Of a stretch of DNA of 64,000 bases, positions 22,415-33,947 are shown piece by piece. The number at the start of each line of letters is the position of its first letter. The first letter of the stretch is position 1. The notes under the pieces were generated by a model, which was not told where the DNA came from, did not search any database, and saw only the letters and a program-made list of their open reading frames with translations. Source of the DNA: Pseudomonadota bacterium (GTDB taxonomy: Bacteria; Pseudomonadota; Alphaproteobacteria; Rickettsiales; UBA8987); assembly GCA_048498735.1 (NCBI GenBank), contig JBEHXK010000003.1, positions 58,147 to 122,146 of the forward strand, given 5' to 3'. A program made the position numbers and the translations under genes.

Positions 22415-23668
22415 TTAAAAGTTTCTTTTGAACCAGTCTACCAGCCAAAAATTCTTCGCGCTATGTTTTGCGCTGGATACGATTTCGATCGGATGGAATT
22501 TAGATTTGCTTTCGCTTCTTTCCTTCTGCCTCACCGCAAATATCAGCATCCCAACGACCGTTGCGAATGATGAACCTTTTGCTGATTCAGGCATGCCAAC
22601 CAATTCAATTGGTTTTGCTATACGTGTATGTTTATTAAAAACAAAACTGCAGATTTCTTTTATACCCTGTAACTGGCTCGAACCACCTGTTATCACCAGC
22701 TTATTACCGGAAATTCCGTAAAGCCCGCTTCTCTCTAAATTAGCTTTTGCGAGTTCCAATATCTCTTCCACACGTGGGCGGATGATTCCTGTCAGCTCGG
22801 CCTTAGTAATGGTTTTTTCAACTTCTGGCGTATCTTCATCTTCTGCAATGTCTATGCTTTCCATTTCATCAGATTGCGTAGAGATCGCAGAACCATGTAT
22901 GACTTTCAGGCGTTCTGCATATGGAATATCGATCGAAAGACCCAACGCAATATCACGCGTGATATGCTGCCCTCCAACCGGTATAGAATCAAAATAAACC
23001 GGGTAACCTTCTGCAAAAATCGCAAGTGATGTATTGCTTGCACCAATATCAAGTAACGTGCAACCGATCTCCATTTCGTCCTGAGAAAGGCATGCAAGGC
23101 CCGATGCGTGAGATGATATTATAAAGCTTTTTATATTTAACTGGCACTTTGCCAGCAGGTTTCGTAAATTTTTTACTGAAGTTGCTGAAGCTGTAACTAC
23201 ATGCAGGTTGGTTGAAATTATCTGCCCGAACATACCGATCGGATCACGAATCCCATCCGTATCATCAATGCGATATGTCAGCGGGGTTGATTGCACTATC
23301 TCACTTTCAGGGTTTTCGAACAGTTCTTCCCCCTTCCTGATCATCAGGTCGATATCTTTCTGCGTAACTTCATGCCCTGATATTTTTGTTTCAATATTTA
23401 TATGCTGTGATTTTATGCTGCTGCCGGAAAGGTTGACATAAACTTCTTCGATAGTTTCACCAGCCATGCGCTCCGCAGCATTAAGTGCAGCAAGAATAGA
23501 TTTTTCAGCCTTTTTTATATCAATGATTATACCGGCCTTCATGCCTTCCGATATATGATGGCCAAAGCCCACGACGCGCGGGCTGCCATCACCGTTTATA
23601 ACGGCAATAATGCATACAACCTTGCGTCCGGCAATATCCAAAACCGCGATTTTTTGGCCTTTAGACAA
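22415..23668 (-). CDS. ftsA: Cell division protein FtsA
   Basis: 417 aa actin-like ATPase (VLDIAGRKVVCIIA..., LDIGASNTS, ITGGSSQLQGI) with a C-terminal amphipathic helix (NFWLVDWFKRNF). Confidence 0.93.
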   Translation of the reverse strand: MSKGQKIAVLDIAGRKVVCIIAVINGDGSPRVVGFGHHISEGMKAGIIIDIKKAEKSILAALNAAERMAGETIEEVYVNLSGSSIKSQHINIETKISGHEVTQKDIDLMIRKGEELFENPESEIVQSTPLTYRIDDTDGIRDPIGMFGQIISTNLHVVTASATSVKNLRNLLAKCQLNIKSFIISSHASGLACLSQDEMEIGCTLLDIGASNTSLAIFAEGYPVYFDSIPVGGQHITRDIALGLSIDIPYAERLKVIHGSAISTQSDEMESIDIAEDEDTPEVEKTITKAELTGIIRPRVEEILELAKANLERSGLYGISGNKLVITGGSSQLQGIKEICSFVFNKHTRIAKPIELVGMPESAKGSSFATVVGMLIFAVRQKERSESKSKFHPIEIVSSAKHSAKNFWLVDWFKRNF

Positions 23669-23805
23669 GTCAAAATCCTTAAAGAATGAGATTGTTTCAT
23701 TTTAAAATAAACTAGCCCTTATGCAACTAGGCACAAATCTTAGAGTTACAATGGGATAAAATAATTAGAACGGTGTGAAAACTTGCAACAATGCCTTTCA
23801 AAAAA

Positions 23806-23882
23806 TGGCGGGGACGACGGGACTCGAACCCGCGACCTCCGCCGTGACAGGGCGGCGTTCTAACCAACTGAACTACGTCCCC
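23806..23882 (-). tRNA. tRNA-Asp (anticodon GTC)
   Basis: The reverse complement folds as a cloverleaf: acceptor GGGGACG/CGTCCCC, anticodon stem CCGCC/GGCGG with loop CTGTCAC, T-loop TTCGAGT and an encoded CCA. Confidence 0.95.
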
Positions 23883-23956
23883 GTTGAATGGCCAGAAATT
23901 AGGTAAAGGGTATATATATGATTAGAAATTAGCAGACAAGTGTTTTTTATATAAAA

Positions 23957-25063
23957 TTATAGCACCACCATATCGTTGGCGTGTATAACGGCCTCATGCC
24001 CTGAATAGCCAAGGATTTTCTCTATCTCAGCGGACTTTTTCCCCTTAATATGGCTTATATCTTCCGATGAATAGGCCGAAATGCCCTTGGCGATATCCTT
24101 TCCGCCCTTTGTTGCGATAGAAACCTTTTCACCACGCACAAACTGCCCTTCCACGCCAATAATACCTATAGGCAGCAGGCTTTTCTTGCCCTGCAGCGCC
24201 TTAACCGCACCATCATCGATAATTATCCTGCCCTTAGCCACCAAACTGTTGGTTATCCACTTCTTCCAGGCGCTTTTTGGCGTTTCAGAAGTTTTAAAGA
24301 TCGTATGCTTTGCACCCTCATTAAGCTTTTTCAGCGGATTGAGCACACTTCCCTTTGTAATTATGGTTGCGCAACCCGATTCAGCAGCGATTTTTGCCGC
24401 GCTTATCTTGGTCTGCATTCCACCAGAACCCATATTAGAGGAAACACCTTTAGCCGAAGAAGAAATAGAATCATCTATCTTTTCAACCACAGCAATGTGT
24501 TTGGCATCCTTATTCTTGTTAGGGTCATCATTATAAAGCCCATCAATATCAGAGAAAATTATCAGTTTATCGGCTTCTACCATTTGCGCCACTAATGCAG
24601 AAAGCCTGTCATTATCGCCAAATTTCAGTTCTTCAGTGGCAACCGAATCATTCTCATTAACTATCGGTATGATATTTTCATCCAGCAGCGTTTCAAAAGT
24701 ATTTTTTGCATTCAGGTAAGAACGACGATTTTCAATATCGGTCAATGTCAGTAATATCTGCGCAGCATGTAATTCATTTGCACCTAATGCCGATATATAT
24801 TCATTCATCAAGATAGGCTGGCCAATTGCCGCCGCCGCCTGCTTTTCCTCGATCTTTAACTTGGTTTTTTTCTCAGAAATTATTTTACGCCCCAATGCAA
24901 CCGCACCTGATGAAACTATGATGACTTTCTTTTTTTCAGCAACTAGTTCCGCAATATCTTCACATAAAGATCTGATCCATTTCTTGCGCAGCACCCTATC
25001 CTCATCGACAAGCGTGGTCGAACCGATCTTGATCACTATGGTCTTTGCATTCTTTAATATCAT
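23957..25063 (-). CDS. proB: Glutamate 5-kinase (with C-terminal PUA domain)
   Basis: 368 aa with VIKIGSTTL..., [11 protein letters not shown] and NENDSVAT motifs. Confidence 0.93.
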   Translation of the reverse strand: MILKNAKTIVIKIGSTTLVDEDRVLRKKWIRSLCEDIAELVAEKKKVIIVSSGAVALGRKIISEKKTKLKIEEKQAAAAIGQPILMNEYISALGANELHAAQILLTLTDIENRRSYLNAKNTFETLLDENIIPIVNENDSVATEELKFGDNDRLSALVAQMVEADKLIIFSDIDGLYNDDPNKNKDAKHIAVVEKIDDSISSSAKGVSSNMGSGGMQTKISAAKIAAESGCATIITKGSVLNPLKKLNEGAKHTIFKTSETPKSAWKKWITNSLVAKGRIIIDDGAVKALQGKKSLLPIGIIGVEGQFVRGEKVSIATKGGKDIAKGISAYSSEDISHIKGKKSAEIEKILGYSGHEAVIHANDMVVL

Positions 25064-25101
25064 CAGCCGAAAATATGAGATACTGCGGAATAATCAATAA
25101 A

Positions 25102-25884
25102 TCATTGAAGGATGGTGACTTTTGAACCCATTATTTCAAGCTTATCCGAGTGGTTTTGCACCGCTTCAACCTCTAAAAGTGCTAATGCATGATAACCAAT
25201 AGCGCTTAAAACTTTACCGACCGAATTACCATTTTCTGTTATTTCCTGCCCGCTAACAGGCGCACCACCTTCTGATTTTATCTTGTAAACGGTTTTGCGA
25301 ATAACCCCGCGATGGTGCGTACGTGCTGTCACTTCCTGCCCCACATAACAGCCTTTTTTAAAATCAACTCCGTTCAACTCGATCATGCGATATTGCAGTG
25401 GATATGATTTATCTTTTTCCAGATCATATATTCCTTCAGGAATATTATTTTCAACCCGCAACCAGTGATATCCTTCGATATCCATTTTTTCTATCGCAGA
25501 TACCTCGTCTTTTGTAACTATCGCCCGATGCGGCATCTCAGCTGATCTTGGGTCCGCATAACCGCCACTTGAAGCAATCACTTCATATTTTTCTGAGAGA
25601 TCAGTTATCGTTACTTTTGAACGTAACTTATACATTTTCAGTTTTTTCAAGAAATCATCTTTATCGCTCAAGGCAATTTCAATCAAATATTTATCATCCT
25701 GTTTACTGATAAAAAAATCGAAAAGATATTTTCCCTGTGGTGTTAGAAGAAAGCTATATATTGCCTTATGATCAGCTGCATTTGCGAGGTCATTGCTGAT
25801 CATATTCTGCAGAAAGCCGAAAGCATCTTCACCTTCTACTGATATCACCGCACGTTCCAAGTCTATATATTCATTATTCTGCAT
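25102..25884 (-). CDS. ygfZ: YgfZ/CAF17 folate-binding protein (GcvT-like)
   Basis: The hallmark KGCYVGQE motif sits in a 260-aa GcvT-like protein. Confidence 0.8.
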   Translation of the reverse strand: MQNNEYIDLERAVISVEGEDAFGFLQNMISNDLANAADHKAIYSFLLTPQGKYLFDFFISKQDDKYLIEIALSDKDDFLKKLKMYKLRSKVTITDLSEKYEVIASSGGYADPRSAEMPHRAIVTKDEVSAIEKMDIEGYHWLRVENNIPEGIYDLEKDKSYPLQYRMIELNGVDFKKGCYVGQEVTARTHHRGVIRKTVYKIKSEGGAPVSGQEITENGNSVGKVLSAIGYHALALLEVEAVQNHSDKLEIMGSKVTILQ

Positions 25885-25889
25885 GTGCT

Positions 25890-26942
25890 TTATTTATAAT
25901 CAGCGATGATTTTTTCAAGGTTTGCATTAATAATTTCGGCAATCGCCCCAATGCCAAAATTATCTTTCAAATTCTTATATGCTGCATCTGTTAGGCTTTT
26001 TGCCTTGCCTTCATTTTTAATAAGATCTTCCAGCGCATCTGCCATCTGTTCAGGATTTGCCTTATCCACCATCAGCGCATCAATATTATTATGCAATATC
26101 TCAGCCGGGCCTTCAATATTGGTTGAAACGATCGGCCTTCTTGCCTGCATTGCTTCCAGCAGCACAATACCAAAAGGCTCTGAAAGTGATGGCAGGCAGA
26201 AAATATCTATATCGTGATAGAACTTATCCTTATCTTTTACCCAACCGGTAAATCTCACTTTATCATTCAATTTCAGTTCATCACGTAGCTGCTGCATTTT
26301 ATCGAGTAACTCACCCTCGCCGCCTATTACTGCAGAAAAATCTATTCCGCGTTTATCCAAAATGGATAGCGCCTTGATAAAAACATTTACGCCCTTTTTC
26401 TCAACCATACGTGCCATAACACCAATAACAGGCTTATTATTCCTAACGCGAAACGCCGGCTCATCTATTAGCCTTATACTGTTCGGCACTTTGAATATTT
26501 TTCTTTCATCAAACTTTCCGGCAAGGCTGTTGATTATATCCTGACTTATCGAGAACAGATAATCTGCATCTATTATATTATCCAGCCAGTAATTATTCAC
26601 CGTCGCGATCAGCGGAATTTTATTATTACTTGCCGCAAAACGCAGTAAAATAGCGGCCCTGCTTCCATGCGCAATGATCGCACCGGGCTTTTCCTTGGCT
26701 ACCAGATTATTCAATCTCTGTTTTGCGAAAATATCCCATTTGCTAATATTTGTAATTTTTTCACATGATATTTTTTGCGGATATTCTTTTATTAGTTCCT
26801 GCAATTTCGGGATTATCTTCGCTTTCGGATGAACCAGACATATCACCTCATGCCCTTTTATAGCCAGGCTTTCAGCATAATTAAGGAAAGCCTGTTCAAT
26901 GCCGCCAAGTTTCTTCCCGAACATTGCATTTATTATCTTCAT
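25890..26942 (-). CDS. Glycosyltransferase family 4 (GT-B), likely LPS core
   Basis: 350 aa with a C-terminal SEPFGIVLLEAMQARRPIV (E-x7-E) motif. Confidence 0.8.
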   Translation of the reverse strand: MKIINAMFGKKLGGIEQAFLNYAESLAIKGHEVICLVHPKAKIIPKLQELIKEYPQKISCEKITNISKWDIFAKQRLNNLVAKEKPGAIIAHGSRAAILLRFAASNNKIPLIATVNNYWLDNIIDADYLFSISQDIINSLAGKFDERKIFKVPNSIRLIDEPAFRVRNNKPVIGVMARMVEKKGVNVFIKALSILDKRGIDFSAVIGGEGELLDKMQQLRDELKLNDKVRFTGWVKDKDKFYHDIDIFCLPSLSEPFGIVLLEAMQARRPIVSTNIEGPAEILHNNIDALMVDKANPEQMADALEDLIKNEGKAKSLTDAAYKNLKDNFGIGAIAEIINANLEKIIADYK

Positions 26943-27494
26943 CTAGCCAACTTTCCCGATTCCGGCATTTAAATAATCACGTGAATCACGCACATAATTT
27001 TCTGCCGATTGCAGGATGAAGTCCTTTTCCACTTGTTTCATCTCACGCAGTAATTTCGCCGGGTTACCAGCCCATATCTCATTTGCATTTATCACTTTAC
27101 GATACGTAACCATGGCACCAGCAGCAACCATTCCTCCAGTCTTCACAACGGCACCATCAATTATTGATGCACCCATTCCAACGAAGCATGCATTTTCCAA
27201 CGTACATGCATGAAGAATAGCTGCATGCCCAACCGTAATATCATCACCAATTACAGTAAACCCGCTTTCACCCGCGATCGCCGGTCTTGTAACGTGAATA
27301 ATTGTACCGTCCTGAATATTTGTGCGCTTTCCGATGCGGATATAATTCACATCACCCCTTATCACCACACCTGGCCAAACAGAGCTTTCTTCACCAATTT
27401 CAACATCACCAATAATGGTTGCACCCGGCGCAATGAAAGCTGTAGGGTGTATTTTTGGTACTATACCTTTATAAGGTAATATTGTGGCCTTCAT
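26943..27494 (-). CDS. Gamma carbonic anhydrase family protein (hexapeptide repeat)
   Basis: 183 aa left-handed beta-helix repeats with the YrdA/PaaY-like pattern (VWPGVVIRGD..., IQDGTIIH). Confidence 0.85.
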   Translation of the reverse strand: MKATILPYKGIVPKIHPTAFIAPGATIIGDVEIGEESSVWPGVVIRGDVNYIRIGKRTNIQDGTIIHVTRPAIAGESGFTVIGDDITVGHAAILHACTLENACFVGMGASIIDGAVVKTGGMVAAGAMVTYRKVINANEIWAGNPAKLLREMKQVEKDFILQSAENYVRDSRDYLNAGIGKVG

Positions 27495-27559
27495 ATATTA
27501 ATTGACTGGTTTATGGCTTGATCCTAGAATAATTAAACAAAAAAACAATTTTGATTTAT

Positions 27560-27664
27560 ATGAAAAAATACGCTTTTGTTATTACATATCTGACCACTGC
27601 CGTTCTTTTCCTTTCTGCATGCAATGCTGGAATAAATGGTAACAGCCTATTGTGGAAACATTAA
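27560..27664 (+). CDS. Possible 34-aa lipoprotein
   Basis: MKKYAFVITYLTTAVLFLSACNAGINGNSLLWKH has a signal peptide and lipobox (LSAC). It is short and overlaps the convergent ybdK stop by 4 nt. Speculative. Confidence 0.3.
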   Translation: MKKYAFVITYLTTAVLFLSACNAGINGNSLLWKH

Positions 27665-28830
27665 TATATTGGTTTTCCGGCTTCAAACTCGCTGATATTA
27701 TGTTCTACAACCTTTTCTAACGAACCGGTTTGTTCATAAATTTTTCTCTGGCGATCAGCACTATTACCTTTTTCGCATATGGTCATAATGGTCTGCAGAT
27801 ATTTCTGGTATCCCAGTTTTTCTGCGTAAGGTCTCAATTTTTCTACCCATTCCAGAATATCAGTTTTGATTGGTTTCGTATCACCGGTGGCATTAATAAC
27901 CATGTCTGCCTCTAAACCATAGCGCATCGCGCGCCATTTATTTTCCCGCATTATCCAATGGATAGGCCTTGGCATAGAGAAAACCCATTCCACATTTTCC
28001 TCGAACCAGTGGCTTAGCATATGAATGAATGCCACCAGAGCCAAAGTCTCTTCTAAAGTTGCTGGTCCATCGCAAGAACGTATTTCTATAGTGCCGAATT
28101 TAGGCGCAGGCCTAATATCCCACCAGAGATCATTTATGGTTTTTATTGAATCGCATTTTATCAGTGTTGCGTAAAGAGCTTCAAATTCCGCCCAGCTTTC
28201 AAACGAATATGGCAAACCGGCAGTCGGCAGCGCCTCATAAGTTGAAGGACGACATGATGAAAGCCCCGTATCCTCGCCTGCCCAGAACGGCGAACTCGCT
28301 GAAAGCGCTAAAAAATGTGGAATAAAACGCAGAAAGAAATTCATGTATTTTATAGCTTCCTCACCACTCTTCATACCAATATGCACATGTAATCCATAAA
28401 CCGTCATGCGACGTGTCAGCCACTGGTTGCGGTCAATTATTTCGTTATATCTATCTTTAGGCGTTATCTCGCAATCAGAATATTTTGAGATCGGATGGCA
28501 TCCGGTCGTTGCAAGTTTCAGATTATTTTTTGTAGCTATCTCTTTTATTTTTTCTATCGATGATAAGAGGTCATTTTCTATGGCTTTCACATCTTCACAT
28601 TTGCCTGTGTTAATTTCTACTGTGCTAAGATAAAATTCTGGCTTTATCGCCTCTATCTTTTTTGCGTCATTCAAAATTGCATTGGCAGAAGATATGAGCA
28701 TCATCGTTTCCGGGTTTATTATCTGCAATTCCACTTCTGCGCCAAGAGTTAGAAACCCTGCTGATTTAAATTCTATTTTTGCTGAATCCGCATTATTCGA
28801 CAGAGCTTTCTTTATAACATTAAGCATCAC
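27661..28830 (-). CDS. ybdK: Carboxylate-amine ligase, glutamate-cysteine ligase family 2
   Basis: 389 aa with full-length resemblance to YbdK/GCS2 (LGAEVELQ..., GLHVHIG, WWDIRP). Confidence 0.85.
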   Translation of the reverse strand: MMLNVIKKALSNNADSAKIEFKSAGFLTLGAEVELQIINPETMMLISSANAILNDAKKIEAIKPEFYLSTVEINTGKCEDVKAIENDLLSSIEKIKEIATKNNLKLATTGCHPISKYSDCEITPKDRYNEIIDRNQWLTRRMTVYGLHVHIGMKSGEEAIKYMNFFLRFIPHFLALSASSPFWAGEDTGLSSCRPSTYEALPTAGLPYSFESWAEFEALYATLIKCDSIKTINDLWWDIRPAPKFGTIEIRSCDGPATLEETLALVAFIHMLSHWFEENVEWVFSMPRPIHWIMRENKWRAMRYGLEADMVINATGDTKPIKTDILEWVEKLRPYAEKLGYQKYLQTIMTICEKGNSADRQRKIYEQTGSLEKVVEHNISEFEAGKPIY

Positions 28831-28902
28831 TTCCCTCTTTATAATTACATTACAAACTTAAGGCATTAGCCTATAAAATTCCTATTATGATTGAGTTAGT
28901 TA

Positions 28903-29457
28903 TTAAAATTGGTAAAAATATATATGGCGGTTTGCTATCGGGTCTTTGATTATCACCGTTTCATTCGCCGTAAAAGTTTTTAGCGGGAAATGATTGCTTA
29001 TAATTATAGCACCTTTCTTGAATTTTTCACCGAAAATCTCATCAACTTTATGGTTCTTGCGCAGGAAAAATATCACCACATCATAGGCTGAAACATCCTG
29101 CTGATAAAGGTCTCCCTTTATAACTTCTATATTTTTTTTGTTTCTGAAAATTAATTTACTGAAATGATATGGCAACCATAAAAGCTCCACACCGGTAATA
29201 TGACTGGCAGGGAATTTTCTGCTCAGAGTCTTTAGCAAATGGCCATAGCCGGAGCCAAGGTCGAGCATTTTTATATCGTTATTATCAGGAAGGTGTTTTT
29301 CGATGAGCTTTGCAATTTCATTGCGTGTTTTTCTGTCGGTCGGGATGCTTGGCGGCCACACGAACAGCGAAGATGAGAAATATATTATCAGAACGATCAG
29401 AAAGCCGAAAAATGCGATGGAAAATAAAGCTATTATGAGCAATAATAAATATGACAT
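28903..29457 (-). CDS. Class I SAM-dependent methyltransferase with N-terminal TM helix
   Basis: MLDLGSGYGHLL (motif I) preceded by a hydrophobic N-terminal segment. Confidence 0.7.
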   Translation of the reverse strand: MSYLLLLIIALFSIAFFGFLIVLIIYFSSSLFVWPPSIPTDRKTRNEIAKLIEKHLPDNNDIKMLDLGSGYGHLLKTLSRKFPASHITGVELLWLPYHFSKLIFRNKKNIEVIKGDLYQQDVSAYDVVIFFLRKNHKVDEIFGEKFKKGAIIISNHFPLKTFTANETVIIKDPIANRHIYFYQF

Positions 29458-29485
29458 AACCGATAATTACAGAAAAGGATTTTGC

Positions 29486-29698
29486 ATGCAATGCAATGTT
29501 GGTGAAAGAGATGCCATTATCAGAATTACTGTTGGCTCGGTGATAGTTATGCTTGCAATAACCTTTCACAGCTGGCTTGCAGCACTCGTTGGCATCGCGC
29601 TTTTATATAACGGCTTTACGCGCAAATGTTATTTATTCAAATATCTGAAAGTTAATTCCCTGAAGGGTAGGATTGAAGATAACGATAAGAAGATTTAG
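29486..29698 (+). CDS. DUF2892 (YgaP-like) small membrane protein
   Basis: MQCNVGERDAIIRITVGSVIV...NGFTRKCYLFKYL matches the DUF2892 pattern. An internal ATG is chosen because the longer ORF is antisense to the methyltransferase. Confidence 0.6.
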   Translation: MQCNVGERDAIIRITVGSVIVMLAITFHSWLAALVGIALLYNGFTRKCYLFKYLKVNSLKGRIEDNDKKI

Positions 29699-29720
29699 GC
29701 TGAGTCATTAAAATAAAAAA

Positions 29721-29777
29721 GACCCGGTGGCGAAGAAAATCCCTAAAAGGGACTTTCTTCTTCGATACCACCAGGTC
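29721..29777. terminator. Long imperfect hairpin between convergent genes
   Basis: gacccggtgg cgaagaa ... ttcttcg ataccaccaggtc form inverted arms between the DUF2892 gene and the aldolase gene. Confidence 0.45.
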
Positions 29778-29809
29778 TATACTAACCAAATTACTGGCAA
29801 AAACAAAAT

Positions 29810-30841
29810 TTAGGCAATAGCTTCTTCCTTAACTGGGTCAGGCCAATAAAGCGGTAAAACTTTTTTGTCTGTTTCAATTTCAGAAGTATATAACGCGCGT
29901 ACAGCAAACCAAGCTGTTACACCGCGATGCTCAAAATCAGCCAAGGCTTCTTCAATTGCCGTTGCATCTGCTGCAAGAGTTTTATAGAAACCACCATGGC
30001 TACCGCGGCCAAAAGAAGTGTAAGGTGTGTTATATCCTTTTTCTTTGCCGTCAGCAGCAATCGCATTCACATATTGCAAGGTTTCCACTTCCTCTATACC
30101 GCCGCTTAAAAATACCAGCCCGCCAATATTTTTAGGCATAACTTCAGTAAGTATATACCTGTTGGCAGCAACCACTTCATCCATGCTTACTTTGGGACCG
30201 TCAGCGCCTGGTAAGATTATGGCATATTTAACTATCACTTCAGCAATGTTTACGCCGGCAAGCTCAAGTTTTGCAAACAATTTAGAAAGGAATTTTTCCA
30301 TTGTTTCTTTAGCACCTTCTATGCTGTGGCTACCATCGCGTAACATTTCAGGTTCAAGCATTGGTATTTGGCCGGCTTTTAAGCATTCAACAGCTACTTG
30401 CGTAAGAATTGCAGCATTCAGCTCCAACTCCCATTCAGATGCAGTTTGCTTAAAAGCATATCTGCACTTAACGCCGTCTGCCGGAAAATCCTGCAGATTC
30501 TGCTTAATAGTGTCCAAACCCATCATAAAAAAGTCTGTCATCCCAGTATCTAATTTGGAAATAACAAACTTTCCGGCCTTGCGCAGCACATTAGGAAGTA
30601 AAACGCCGTCTTCAGTAGTGTTTTTCATAGTTTCCATGTGCAAAATTGCGGCGCCATAGGCTTTACTTTTTGCCACCTGGTCAATCAAAAGCCTGCGTAA
30701 ATATTGCCTACTTTCGTAGGAATCTGTTAAACCAGCAATCGCTACAACACGTTTTTTAAGTGATTCAGGTTTTTCGTCGCATGCGGCAACAATAGATTTT
30801 GCAATCGCTTTAGCTTTTTCAGCCAATGATAATGTCTTCAT
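29810..30841 (-). CDS. Class I fructose-bisphosphate aldolase family protein (divergent)
   Basis: Blocks align by eye to class I FBA: GQIPMLEPEMLRDGSHSIE (VEPE), VIVKYAIILPG (Schiff-base Lys region), GLVFLSGG and TSFGRG. Confidence 0.6.
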   Translation of the reverse strand: MKTLSLAEKAKAIAKSIVAACDEKPESLKKRVVAIAGLTDSYESRQYLRRLLIDQVAKSKAYGAAILHMETMKNTTEDGVLLPNVLRKAGKFVISKLDTGMTDFFMMGLDTIKQNLQDFPADGVKCRYAFKQTASEWELELNAAILTQVAVECLKAGQIPMLEPEMLRDGSHSIEGAKETMEKFLSKLFAKLELAGVNIAEVIVKYAIILPGADGPKVSMDEVVAANRYILTEVMPKNIGGLVFLSGGIEEVETLQYVNAIAADGKEKGYNTPYTSFGRGSHGGFYKTLAADATAIEEALADFEHRGVTAWFAVRALYTSEIETDKKVLPLYWPDPVKEEAIA

Positions 30842-31060
30842 TTTTTTAAGATTTAAAAAGATTTATAATTTGTTAACTTTTGGATACTTTAGGTATTCCT
30901 AAAAAACCTCAGAAATAAATTCCAACTATACTCGAGATTATGTCTGCTTTTTCTTTTACAAAAAAGTTTTTAGACATTCGATATTGTTACAAACTGTTTG
31001 CAACTGTAATTATCGATCAAGATATAAAGGGAAAAAATTCCGTAAAGGTAAAAAGAGATA

Positions 31061-31096
31061 CCATAAAATATGAGTAGACCTTATCATATTTTATGG
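31061..31096 (-). terminator. Perfect 13-bp hairpin downstream of orphan gene
   Basis: ccataaaatatga - 10 nt - tcatattttatgg, with T/A-rich flanks on both sides. Probably a bidirectional terminator. Confidence 0.5.
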
Positions 31097-31179
31097 GATT
31101 TTTCAAGTTGCAATTTGGTTATTTGTTTTAATATCACACTGATTTATATGATTAATTTTTATCTTAATCAATTTTGATA

Positions 31180-31863
31180 TTATTTCACACTTAGTGTCGG
31201 TTCAGTAAATAAAGTTTTAATATTTGAAATTGATACATTGGTATGCTGTGCCGGAATGGTCAACTTATCGAAATTTATCATCTCTTTAAGATACTCCTCA
31301 TTTTCATAAGGAATGGCTAACTCAGAATAGCTATAGAACAAACCACCGTGGTGCTGTTCTGTATATACTTTGAATCTAGGCATATCTGTTTCGTGTGAGG
31401 TATATTTTATTGCCCAATCGGAATCTAATTTCTGCACTCTGTTTCTGAGGATTTCAAGATCATCATGCTTTACCTCGGGATAAAGTTTTTCTATAATATT
31501 TTTTGTATTGATTTCGGCATCAGTAAAAAGTTTTTCATAGTCTTTTGAGCTGCCAAGGAAATATTTAACACCGGTAATGAACTGCTTTATGGTTGGATCA
31601 AAGATCATGATATCTTTATTTTTTTCATCATATACGGGGAATGCCAGAACCGTATGATAACCATTATATATTAATGATAAATTTATATTGGGATTAGTTT
31701 TTCTAATGTAATATTGCCAATCACTACAGCATATCAGGCACATATCTGTATAATTAGTTTTCTGACCTATCTCGAGAGTTTTTATTGAAGCGGTACGATT
31801 ATTTCCAGGAAAGCTCTGCAGAAGATTTATTACATCTTCTTTTTTGTTGAATGATAAATTCAT
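31180..31863 (-). CDS. Hypothetical protein (AT-rich orphan directly downstream of 16S)
   Basis: 227-aa ORF with no signal peptide. It has an ordered Cys...His...Asp pattern (DMCLICCSDWQYY, NGYHTVLAFPVYD). Confidence 0.5.
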   Translation of the reverse strand: MNLSFNKKEDVINLLQSFPGNNRTASIKTLEIGQKTNYTDMCLICCSDWQYYIRKTNPNINLSLIYNGYHTVLAFPVYDEKNKDIMIFDPTIKQFITGVKYFLGSSKDYEKLFTDAEINTKNIIEKLYPEVKHDDLEILRNRVQKLDSDWAIKYTSHETDMPRFKVYTEQHHGGLFYSYSELAIPYENEEYLKEMINFDKLTIPAQHTNVSISNIKTLFTEPTLSVK

Positions 31864-31968
31864 TAAATTAATTCCCCAAGAAAAATATCCCTAATAGCAA
31901 TATATCATATTACTATTAAAACGCAGCTAAATATTGGAAAATATCTCTTTGAGAAAATCATATTATCT

Positions 31969-31989
31969 ATCAGGAAATGAGGACGGCGG
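31969..31989 (-). other. 16S trailer half of the pre-rRNA processing stem
   Basis: atcaggaaatgaggacggcgg is the reverse complement (20/21) of 33862..33882 in the 16S leader. Confidence 0.7.
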
Positions 31990-32068
31990 GGTAGGTTGAG
32001 CAAGCTCAACCAATAGCTTGTGTAAGTTGAGATACAGAATGGACGAACCATTAACCATATCATCTCTT

Positions 32069-33536
<1,468 letters not shown>

Positions 33537-33861
33537 AATATCATGAAATATGATTCTAGCTGATGTCGCATCTCCCATTACAACCCCGAAGGGCAAATGG
33601 CCTGAGATGCTAATCACTTTGTCCGATTTCTCGGACACTCAAATTTTTTTGATAGGGAATTTTTTTGTACAAAAAATTCCTTACGCTACATTGCATCACT
33701 AAACAAATTATAATACGTGAATTATAATTTGCGTTTCGAAAATGAAAACTTTGCAAGAGTGACTGAACGAACATTTCTGCGCTAAAGCCCGAAAGAGGTT
33801 TGTTCCTGTAGCGTTATATATATAATTGCTACCTCCAAAGACCATAAAAGCCTTTGAGACT

Positions 33862-33882
33862 CCGCCGTCTTCATTTCCTGAT
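33862..33882 (-). other. 16S leader half of the pre-rRNA processing stem
   Basis: ccgccgtcttcatttcctgat pairs with 31969..31989 in the trailer. Further small hairpins lie in the leader at 33566..33686. Confidence 0.7.
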
Positions 33883-33947
33883 AAATATACGATTTTAAAG
33901 AACTGTTTTCGCGTTTTTGAAGTTTCCTTCACTTCGCGAGGAGCCAC

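Noticed and set aside
30939-31073. 44-aa plus-strand ORF (MSAFSFTKKFLDIRYCYKLF...) ending at the 13-bp hairpin.
   Set aside because: It has no SD and no conservation evidence. The hairpin is better explained as the terminator of the minus-strand orphan gene 31180..31863.
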